Source of the DNA: Planctomycetota bacterium | Lineage (GTDB): Bacteria > Planctomycetota > UBA8108 > SXIK01 | Direction: 5' to 3' | NCBI GenBank assembly: GCA_965223845.1 | Contig: CBDCXR010000004.1 | Span: 6,688,001 to 6,752,000, forward strand | Length of the DNA: 64,000 nt | Shown: positions 38,323-48,361 of the stretch, one piece after another | How positions within the stretch are numbered: the first letter of the stretch is position 1 | How the letters are laid out: every line of letters starts with the position of its first letter | Translations under genes and position numbers: made by a program | Notes under the pieces: model-generated | The model's input: the letters and a program-made list of their open reading frames with translations, nothing else | Databases searched by the model: none | What the model was told of the DNA's origin: nothing

Positions 38323-41259
38323 TTAGCGTCGAGTATCCTCCGTCTTGCTACTGAGGTCGGACGTCGACTTGGAGTCGTCGGACGATCTCGAGAAGGAGTC
38401 GTCGGCGGATTCGAGAATCGCGAAGGACCCGAGGGCTTCGCGCTGGAACGCCCTCGACTTCACCGCTCTCACTCGAACCCGGTAGCTGCCTTCGTTCTTT
38501 TCCTCGGCGATCTCGTTCGGGTCTTCGGCGGACGGAGCCACCGCGAACGACTCTTCGGCGACGTACACGTTGCCGTAGAACCCGTCGTTGGCGGCACCGT
38601 CGCCGTGCTCCCCGTCGTCGTAGAGGCGGAGCACGGTGCGGGCGCCGCTCGGAGAATCGACGGTGGCTTCGACAAACGCACCGGCCGTCGGACTGCCGTT
38701 CGAGAGGACGGCCACGATCGGCACCGCGTCTCCAACGGAGTAGTCGGACCCGAGCTGCGGGACTTGGAGGAGCTCGAAGGTGCGCTCTGAATGTCCGCTC
38801 GCCATGACCTGGTAGTCGACGGGACCCGTGCCGACGGGGCCTTCGACGATCATGCGCCACCGGCCCGGGACGGGTGAGGAGAATCGCCACCCGACATGTC
38901 CCGAGGCGGCGTCCGAGAACGAGTAGGGCACTTTCGTGCTGTCGATCAGCTTGCCCTTCGGGTCGACCAGCGAGAGCTTCGCGCCCACGGCAGGAAAGGT
39001 GTCGAGCGTAAAGACGAGATCGGAGAGTTCGGTGTCGACGAGGACCGAGTGCTTCGCCGTCGGCGCGGCTACCGTGAGCTGCGAACGCTCGTGGAAGAGA
39101 CGCTGGCGCTCCTCGTTCACCGTCTGTGCGTACTCGTAGGTGTTGGTGAGGTCGAGGGTCAGGCCACCGATACCGCCCCAGAGGTCGCTTCCGTCGCTCA
39201 CCCAGACGTCGTTGTAGAAATAGCTTCCGCCGGTGAGCTCGGCGATCTCCTGCAGAAGCTCCTCGTCGGCCGCGGGACCGAACGCGATCGTGGTCACGGT
39301 GCACCCCGAAGCGATCACTTCATCCTTCACATCGTCCCAGTAGGCAGCCGTGTTCTCCATTCCGTCGGAGAGGAGCACGAATGCGCAGCGCGAATTGCCG
39401 GTGGGGCTGTTGTCCCACTGATCGACGGCCTCGAGGAGACCGTTCCCGATGCTCGTCGCGCCCGACGGCATCAACCCGCCGATGAAGCCCTTCGCCACCC
39501 AGCGGACGAGAGCGTCCGAAGCGACGAGATTGAAATTGGGTCCGGCCGCGTGATGGAAGGGAACCACGGAGAGTCCGTCGCCGTTTCGACCGACGTCCAC
39601 GTACAGCTTGGCGGCGTCGCGGGCGGCTTCGATCTTGCCGTCGGAGCCCATGGAGCCCGAGCGATCGAGGACGAGCACGTGATCAGTGAAGTCGTCGTCG
39701 TAGTGAACGGAGTTGACGTTCAGGTCCGACGCGATCGTGCTGTTCGTCCCGGGTTTCTTCAGCAAAACTTCGAGGTCGTAGGAGCCGTTGCTGTTCTGCT
39801 GCGGCGCCTCGATGAGCAGCCAGTACTGCTCTTGGATGAACGCGCCCGTTTCGATCGTCGCGTCGACGCCGCCGACTTCCGCGCGGAAGTGTTCCTTCGC
39901 GAGGCCGCCGACGACCGGGCTGCCACCACCGCCCGCCGTGATGAGGACCTGTGCCAAGAGCTTCCCGGGCGCGTTCGATGGGCCGACATGCGCGACCGCG
40001 ACCGAGTTCGGGAGCTTCACCTCGAGACTCGGATCCGGGCACGAAAAGGTGACGTCTACCGTGGATTCGCCGTCGAGGCTGCCGACGATCGCGATCACTC
40101 GATCCACTCCGTCGATGACGAAACTTTGCGCCCAGTCGTCTCCGCTACCGCTCACGTGCTGTCGAAAGGTCGATCCCTCCTGCGTGATGACGTGGTAGAA
40201 GGCTGGCCCGCTGTTTTCGTTATGAAACGACACGGAGATGACGTCCGCGCTGTTGCCCGGGGTCGCCTCGAAATACGTCACGCCATAGCTCGAGACGGCG
40301 ACATCGTCGAAGGTCGACGAACCGTTTTGACCGATCGTTCCAGCGTCGGCGGGGACTAGCGGTCCGTAGGGATGCGGATTCCCCGCCTGGTCTTCGTCGA
40401 CGTAGTTGTAGGACGCGTCCGGTACTCCGGTCAGATCCTTCGTCCAGTTCGCGACGGTGAACTGGCGGAACGCTCCGTGAAAATCCGTGCCCGCGCCGAG
40501 CTGGACGAGGGCGAGATCGACAGCGTCGACGTCGCTCGCGAACTGAGTGGCCTCGAAGAGCTCGACGAACGCGTCGATGCCGAGCTGCGGCTCACCGACG
40601 GTCGTTCCGAATTGCTCCGAGAAGTACTTCCACCAGAGCGCTGAGCGGTATCCGTTCCCGGCCGTTCGAAGATCGACGTTGGGATTGGCCAGGTAGTTGT
40701 TGACCTCCAGCGCGAAGGAGGACTGGGCGAGCATTGCGTCCTGGTAGTTGTCGATGTTGAGGAAGAGGCTGTCCTCGAGCGCGCGCGCAGTTCCCTCGAG
40801 GAGCCAATCGTCGAAATTGTTGCTGTAGCTGTACTGAATGAGATGGGCGATCTCGTGGCCGACGACTTTTTCGATCGACCCGTCGACGTTGAAGCAGCCC
40901 GTGAACGCGTCGAAGCCGGAGCCGTGCGGATTGCCGTTGCACGAGTCGCCGAGCCAGTTCATTCGCACGTTCATCTTCGGATTGCCGTTCAGATCCGGAC
41001 CGAGAAAGCCCAGTTCCAGGTAGCGATCCCAATAGAGCTCGGTCGTGTCGACGACGAACTCGGCTTCGGCTTGAGTGATGATTCCGTATTCATAATCGGA
41101 GGAGTTGCCTTCGTTGTAGTGGACGCAGATGTCGTGTGTGTCGCTGGTCGCGATATCCGGCACCCAGTCCCACTGATCACACCCGTTCGCTCGCGCCGGA
41201 CGGGCGGCGGCGACGAACACGACGAGAAACGCGAAACGCAAGAACTCTGAAAAACGCAT
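38323..41259 (-). CDS. Secreted zinc-peptidase + VWA + choice-of-anchor-X-like protein
   Basis: Signal peptide; HEIAH and WLLEGTA; VWA MIDAS DRSGSM / TSIG.GL / LLSDG; LYDDGEHGDGAANDGFYG. Confidence 0.85.
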   Translation of the reverse strand: MRFSEFLRFAFLVVFVAAARPARANGCDQWDWVPDIATSDTHDICVHYNEGNSSDYEYGIITQAEAEFVVDTTELYWDRYLELGFLGPDLNGNPKMNVRMNWLGDSCNGNPHGSGFDAFTGCFNVDGSIEKVVGHEIAHLIQYSYSNNFDDWLLEGTARALEDSLFLNIDNYQDAMLAQSSFALEVNNYLANPNVDLRTAGNGYRSALWWKYFSEQFGTTVGEPQLGIDAFVELFEATQFASDVDAVDLALVQLGAGTDFHGAFRQFTVANWTKDLTGVPDASYNYVDEDQAGNPHPYGPLVPADAGTIGQNGSSTFDDVAVSSYGVTYFEATPGNSADVISVSFHNENSGPAFYHVITQEGSTFRQHVSGSGDDWAQSFVIDGVDRVIAIVGSLDGESTVDVTFSCPDPSLEVKLPNSVAVAHVGPSNAPGKLLAQVLITAGGGGSPVVGGLAKEHFRAEVGGVDATIETGAFIQEQYWLLIEAPQQNSNGSYDLEVLLKKPGTNSTIASDLNVNSVHYDDDFTDHVLVLDRSGSMGSDGKIEAARDAAKLYVDVGRNGDGLSVVPFHHAAGPNFNLVASDALVRWVAKGFIGGLMPSGATSIGNGLLEAVDQWDNSPTGNSRCAFVLLSDGMENTAAYWDDVKDEVIASGCTVTTIAFGPAADEELLQEIAELTGGSYFYNDVWVSDGSDLWGGIGGLTLDLTNTYEYAQTVNEERQRLFHERSQLTVAAPTAKHSVLVDTELSDLVFTLDTFPAVGAKLSLVDPKGKLIDSTKVPYSFSDAASGHVGWRFSSPVPGRWRMIVEGPVGTGPVDYQVMASGHSERTFELLQVPQLGSDYSVGDAVPIVAVLSNGSPTAGAFVEATVDSPSGARTVLRLYDDGEHGDGAANDGFYGNVYVAEESFAVAPSAEDPNEIAEEKNEGSYRVRVRAVKSRAFQREALGSFAILESADDSFSRSSDDSKSTSDLSSKTEDTRR

Positions 41260-41630
41260 GACCGATCTCCCGGTTGCGGCCCCCGTGCCCCTGAGGCCTC
41301 GAATGGTGAATGGGTGAATGACTCACCAGTCCCGGGGGGAGAGTTCTTGGGGTGGCTCAGAATGTTTTTTGGGCGATCTCGGCGAATTCTTCGCGTTCGC
41401 GCGCGAACATACCGGGTTCGTCTGAAGATGATTACGTAATAATGATTATTGTTTGGTCGGTGGCGACCGCCGGACGACGTGCCGCTCGAGCCCGATCCCG
41501 GCCGAAGCAACCGCGGAGGCCCCCGCCGGCTTAGTTCCCAAGCGTGAACCGCCGCTTCGCGAGCAGTCCCTCCCCACGAACCCGCCGAAAGTTGGCGCGT
41601 TTGAAACGAGAACTAGCTCGCTCGAGCACC

Positions 41631-42545
41631 CTACGGTGCCGCGGGAACGGCTCCCGAGAACAGAGGCTCGCACTTCTGGCGGTGAAACACTCGCATCCAG
41701 TACGTTCCCGCCGGAAAGACGACGCCCTCCGTACCGTCGCGGTAGTGCTCGAGCGCCGCTCGATACCGCTTTCGAAAAGTAACGAGCTCGCGGAGCTCTT
41801 GGGCTCTCGGGCCGGGACGCCGCGCCTGAACCGCCGGCGAGAGCTTCCACTTCTTCTCGTAGCTCTGGGGCGAGTCAGTCGGGCTTTGATTCCGCACGCG
41901 TTTCGCCCCGAGGAACCCCGGACCCTCCTTCTCGACTTCGGCTCGACACGACGCCTGCCGCTCAGCTACTTCTCGCTCGAGCTTTGCTCTAAACGCCTCG
42001 AGATCGCCGTTCGCGAAGCAAGGAGGAGGTGCGATCTCGAGCGGGACCTCCTCCGGCATGCGATCCGAAAAGAACCAATCCGGCCTCTCTGCCTGGAGCG
42101 TCGTTCCGAGGTCACTCGGCCCGCTCCGCACCCCGGGCCAGTCCTTCGCGTCGCGTACGAGCCCCGACGACACTGGATTGCAGATCGTGTAGACGAGCTG
42201 CCGCAGCACGTCGTCCGGCTCGATCGCCCGCACGTAGCTCGGTCTCGCCGAGTCAAAAAGGTTGTCGAACCGGCCTCGCATCGCGTTCAAGCAACGAGCG
42301 AGGAGCAAGTTGAGGCGATGAAGAAACCGCGGGATTCGACCAGCCGGATCGGTGACGAGAAGGTGGTAGTGATTCGAGAGGGCGACGAAGCCGTGCACCT
42401 CGACGCCGGTCTTCTCCGCCGCGTAGGCGAGACAGTAGAGCACGGCGCGATTCACCCTCTCCTCCGGGCGAAGGAGAAACTGCCTCTGCACGCAGCGCCT
42501 CGTGACGAGATACGTGGCGCCGGGGAGTATCCGTCGGGCTTGCAC
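41631..42545 (-). mobile_element. REP-associated tyrosine transposase (RAYT, IS200-like Y1 HUH)
   Basis: YLVTRRC, HUH motif SNHYHLL, YTICNPV..GLV....DWP and C-terminal FPAGTY. Confidence 0.85.
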
Positions 42546-43082
42546 TCGAGATGGCCTCCTTCCGCGGGATCGGAGTGACGATGGAGAAGTTCGCCACCGG
42601 AGGAGGCAGCCGCGTCTCGAGCGACGCCCCAGCGAGCGAACCTATCAGCGGCGCGCACGTGGTTCGCTCGGCGGGTTCGGGCATCCGTAGCTTGAGGTCC
42701 GGCGCCTTGGTTCGCAAATCCGAGCCGGAAGAGGGGCGAGCGATCCGCGGCGGGCGCCGTCGTCTCCGCGAATCGTCGACGGCGGAGAGACGAGCCAGCT
42801 TCTTGCGGCGACCGTCCGCTCTTCGCGCCCGGGCGGTTCCTCCTCGATGCGCGCTGCGAGGCCCGAGGAGACCTGGGACCCGTCGGTGACGCTCGGTGCC
42901 GACTCAGCGAACGGAGAGGCGGACGAATCGGGGCTAAAGAAGTTCACCCGAGCGGCCGATCACTGGAGAGACGCGGTCCCCCGCGTTTTGAGGAGTCGTG
43001 CCCAACCGCGTTTCGCGGTCCAGCGCGAAGGGGGATCGCTTCGCTGACGACACCCTTAGACAGCAGTGAGGAGACTCGGGCG

Positions 43083-43298
43083 ATGGACGCCAATCGGATC
43101 GGAGAGGTCGCGGGCGTGGTGTGGCACCAGCTCGGCGAGAAGGAGATGTCGCTGTCCGAGCTCAAGAAGTGCGGGGAAGCGACGGCCGATGAAATCGTCG
43201 CCGCCGTCGGCTGGCTCGCGCGCGAGGGGAAGATCCGCTTCGAGACGAAGGGGCGCCGCGTGCTGCTCTCTCTTCAGACGAGCGACGTTCTCTGCTGA
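43083..43298 (+). CDS. Small winged-helix protein (DUF2582-like)
   Basis: IGEVAGVVW..L...AVGWLAREGKI; GAGGAG RBS. Confidence 0.85.
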   Translation: MDANRIGEVAGVVWHQLGEKEMSLSELKKCGEATADEIVAAVGWLAREGKIRFETKGRRVLLSLQTSDVLC

Positions 43299-43522
43299 CG
43301 AACGCGTCGCCCCTCGAGAACTTTTGGTCGATCCCCCGCGAGTCTCCCGTCTCAGCGGTGAGATCGGCCGGCAACTCGGCATCGTCTTGACGTTTCGCGC
43401 GTCGCCATCGCGGACGCGAGTTCGCTTGCCGGCCGCGCCAGCGTCGCTATCCGTCGGCGGCGCCCTCTGGCGGTTCCCCGCTCACTCACGGCCGAACCCG
43501 AGTTGCCGCGAATCGCGACCCG

Positions 43523-43786
43523 CTACCCGAGCGGATCGAAGCCGTCGTTCCAAACGATGGGAAAACGCATGAGCTCGGTCCACGCGATCTCCGCTCGGCC
43601 GACGCACTCGAGCTTCCCCGCGAGCTCTTGGCCACCGTCCGGATGGACGAGCGAGCGGACCTTCTCCCAGCGCGCGTCGCTTTCGCGGAGCGGGAGGGGA
43701 TCGTCGAAGGAGTGATCCGTCCCGTCGAGGTACGGACGAAAGTCGGCGACGTGTCCGTACGGGCTCTCATAAATGTAGAGTTCCAT
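43523..43786 (-). CDS. Hypothetical protein
   Basis: 87 aa with GC-biased third codon positions. Confidence 0.6.
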   Translation of the reverse strand: MELYIYESPYGHVADFRPYLDGTDHSFDDPLPLRESDARWEKVRSLVHPDGGQELAGKLECVGRAEIAWTELMRFPIVWNDGFDPLG

Positions 43787-43855
43787 GTCGCGTGCTCACC
43801 GTCGGGATAGAGTCGGAGCACTATACCGACTCCATCCGGCGGAATCGACGCCGAA

Positions 43856-44143
43856 TCAGCGACTCCGGCGAAGCGGAACGCGCCGGCGCGCGCGCGGCTC
43901 GACACCCGCGCTCCGGCGGAAGCTCGGACGCGGAGACTCGTCGGATCTTGCGGCGCTCGGACGTGCCTGCGTCTCCGCGCCGGCGGCGGACGCCTCGGGC
44001 ATCGCGCCGCCGCCCGCGCTGAAGAGGAGCGCGCAACTGGCGACGAAGAGCACGGCGGCGTTGCGAACGCTCGGGGCGAGGATCGGGTGACTCCGCCACC
44101 AGCGGACGATCGGGTCGATCATGCGAAGCTTCTCCTCGGTCAT
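43856..44143 (-). CDS. Hypothetical membrane-anchored protein
   Basis: Good codon bias in the N-half; one hydrophobic helix; AT-rich promoter-like region upstream (44198-44240). Confidence 0.5.
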   Translation of the reverse strand: MTEEKLRMIDPIVRWWRSHPILAPSVRNAAVLFVASCALLFSAGGGAMPEASAAGAETQARPSAARSDESPRPSFRRSAGVEPRARRRVPLRRSR

Positions 44144-44445
44144 GGGCCGAAGAAGTATAGATCCGGGGCCGGAACGCGGCCACTCGGACCCGCGCCCATT
44201 ATCGTAAAGGTATATTTTCTAAATAGTTGTGACAATTTCACCGAGGCTCGGCCGCCGCGCCGATTCCGCCGTCCACTCCGCAGGTGGATTCGTGCCGGAT
44301 CGCCGCGTCGAGCGAGGTATAGTGTCGAATCGCTTCGATTCTCGCTCCGAGCGTCCGAGCAAGAAGCGCGCCGTCCGGCCCGCGGCCCGGCGAAGCGCCC
44401 GAGCGTCGAGCGAGCCCGCTCTCCGATTCTGTGGATCCACATGTC

Positions 44446-45198
44446 ATGCCTTCGCGCCGACCGACCGACCTTCGACGTTCGCGCGGGTTTCTCGAGCGCA
44501 CTTTCCTTCGGGAGCTCGAGGAGCTGCGCGCCCCGCTCCTCGAAGAATCAGAGCGGGTCCGCCAATCGCGCCGGCGACGGCGGCGCTCGGACGATCGCTG
44601 CTGCCGGCGCCCGCTCAATCAGATGCGAATCTCGCCTCTCGAAGCTCGCGCGATCGCCGAGGCGCTCCGGCGAGATCCCACGCTCCGCGGTAAGCTGCCG
44701 GCGATCCGAGAGCGCGTCGCCGAGGAGCTGACGCGTCTCGCCGACACGTCCGAGCGCCAGAGCTTCGATTGTCCCCTCCTCGACGATGGACGCTGTCTCG
44801 TGCACACCGCAGCGAAGCCCATCGGGTGTCTCGCGTGGCACGCCGGGAAGGACTACTCGAAGTTGGGCTGGGACGCGTTTCGCCAGCGGGACGAGATGAA
44901 CGACGCCCTCTACGGGCCGAATTGGCAGTTTCGCGTGATCCCACTTTGGCTGAAACGCGTGCTCGGAGTGAAGGGCGCCCCGCGGCGGCGTGAGCCGACC
45001 GAGGAGGTGTCCCCGCGGTCCGGTCGATCGTTCGCGCGGGAAAGATCGCGCCGGCGACCCGATGCCGGGAATCCCAGAACGAGACGACGTGTCCCGAGAA
45101 GTGACGACTCCGAGGGCGCACGTCGCGACGAACCGACTGGCCGGCGGCGCGCGTCAACGCGAAAGGGACGCGGCCAGCGGAGACCGAGCGGAGCCTGA
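44446..45198 (+). CDS. YkgJ-like cysteine cluster protein with basic tail
   Basis: CC...ISPLEA, CPLLDDGRCLVH..KPIGC. Confidence 0.7.
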   Translation: MPSRRPTDLRRSRGFLERTFLRELEELRAPLLEESERVRQSRRRRRRSDDRCCRRPLNQMRISPLEARAIAEALRRDPTLRGKLPAIRERVAEELTRLADTSERQSFDCPLLDDGRCLVHTAAKPIGCLAWHAGKDYSKLGWDAFRQRDEMNDALYGPNWQFRVIPLWLKRVLGVKGAPRRREPTEEVSPRSGRSFARERSRRRPDAGNPRTRRRVPRSDDSEGARRDEPTGRRRASTRKGRGQRRPSGA

Positions 45199-45481
45199 GG
45201 CCGCGCGATCGCCGGGGAGTGGATCACGAACGGAAGGCTTGATCGCGGGTCGCGCGACCAACCGGTCTTTCTTCCGACGAGACCACTCGCCGTGAGACGA
45301 GCGGGACGACGGACCCGAGCAAGTCGAATGCGCATCCCAGTCGCCCGCTTCCGACCGGGAACACCGCTCCCCGGCGGTACACTCTCACTCGGACCGCGGC
45401 TCACGAGCCGAAGGCTCGCTCGTCGGGGTGAAGTCCGCGCGGCTCCGCCGCGCGGACGAGGGGGCTTCGAGAAAGCCCCCT

Positions 45482-45550
45482 AAAAAAAACAGAAGAAGCA
45501 CTAATCAACGATCGAGCGCGTTGCGCTCGATCGTTGATTAGTGCTTCTTC
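45482..45550 (-). terminator. Long hairpin terminator downstream of the bL37-like gene
   Basis: Perfect 28-bp inverted repeat 45492-45519/45523-45550 followed on the minus strand by TGTTTTTTTT; a second hairpin lies at 45460-45480. Confidence 0.8.
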
Positions 45551-45645
45551 CCCCAGGCCTTCGACTTCCCGCGGCTGCCTTTCCGGCCGTGGTTCGCCTT
45601 CTTACTGCGCCAGCTGAACTTGTAGGTGCGTCGCTTGCGGGCCAT
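45538..45645 (-). CDS. Putative 50S ribosomal protein bL37-like small basic protein
   Basis: MARKRRTYKFSWRSKKANHGRKGSRGKSKAWGKKH; the KANHG motif resembles actinobacterial bL37; own terminator. Confidence 0.65.
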   Translation of the reverse strand: MARKRRTYKFSWRSKKANHGRKGSRGKSKAWGKKH

Positions 45646-45836
45646 GGGACCGTTTCCCGTCTCGGTGAAGTCGTCGCGGGCTCTCGCGGAGCCCTTGCCC
45701 GGGCGGCCGGGCCGAAATCGAGGACCAGACCTTTTACCCGACCGGCCGGGGCGATACAAGGGCCTGCGCGGGACGGACTCGAGCGGGGCCGGCCGTCCCG
45801 AGCCCCACGCTTCGGTCCCCGCCTAAAGGCCCGGTC

Positions 45837-46385
45837 ATGTGCGAACGAGTCTCCGCTGATTCCGTGCTTTTCGAGGAGACCCAGTCCCTCGGGCGGTGGT
45901 GGACGTGGCTGCTCGTCGCTCCGGCCGGCGCCGGCCTCGTCGCGATTTTCGGCTACGGCATGTGGAAGCAGCTCGTTCGGGGGGAGGTCTGGGGCCAAAA
46001 TCCTCTCACGAACGCCGAGCTCGCCTGGGTCGGAAGTCTCTCGATCGCGATCGGCACCCTTTCGCTCGTTCTCCTCGCTCGGGCGCGGCTCGAGACCGTC
46101 CTCACTCGAAACGCGTTGTCGGTTCGCTTGTGGCCCCTGCGCGCGCGCTCGATTCTCCTCCGCGAGATTCGCTCGTTCACCGCGCGCGAGTACCGACCGA
46201 TCGTCGAGTTCGGCGGCTGGGGCATCCGTGGGTCGCGGCGAAATCGAGCGTACAATGCCTTCGGTCGAGAGGGCGTCCAGCTCGAGCTGACGGACGACAC
46301 GCGGATTCTCGTCGGATCGCAGCGTGCGCGGGAGCTCGAGCGGGCATTGGCGTCGGCGTGCGCGAGTGAATGTGCTGAAACGTGA
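45837..46385 (+). CDS. DUF6141-like membrane protein (PH-like domain)
   Basis: LFEETQ, two TMs, REYRPIVEFGGWGIR, AYNAFG.EGVQL and ILVGSQR. Confidence 0.75.
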   Translation: MCERVSADSVLFEETQSLGRWWTWLLVAPAGAGLVAIFGYGMWKQLVRGEVWGQNPLTNAELAWVGSLSIAIGTLSLVLLARARLETVLTRNALSVRLWPLRARSILLREIRSFTAREYRPIVEFGGWGIRGSRRNRAYNAFGREGVQLELTDDTRILVGSQRARELERALASACASECAET

Positions 46386-46419
46386 GTCACGTCGGCTCGC
46401 GAACCTGTCAGGAGAACGG

Positions 46420-48076
<1,657 letters not shown>

Positions 48077-48078
<2 letters not shown>

Positions 48079-48353
48079 AGATTTTTACACGAGGGGCGCG
48101 AAGGGGACGCGAAGGAAGACGAAGGGAAGAAAAAAGGAAATTGGGAAAGAGTCGGGATAGCCGCGAAACCCGGTCAATCATTCTCAGCGCCGCTGCGCCG
48201 GAGAGCATCGATACTCGGCGTGTCGCTGAACGCGCGAGCAACTGTTGAGGTCGAGCCGCCCGGACAAACCATCGTTTTCCGATCTCATTCTCATTCTTTC
48301 TCCTCCTTCGTCTTCCTTCGCGTCCCCTTCGCGCCCTTCGTGTGAACCTCTTC
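48077..48353. repeat. MITE/REPIN-like element with 49-bp terminal inverted repeats
   Basis: 48077-48125 vs 48305-48353: 45/49 complementary; shares GAAGAGGTTCACACGAAGG with 13431. Confidence 0.8.
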
Positions 48354-48361
48354 AAGAGCCA

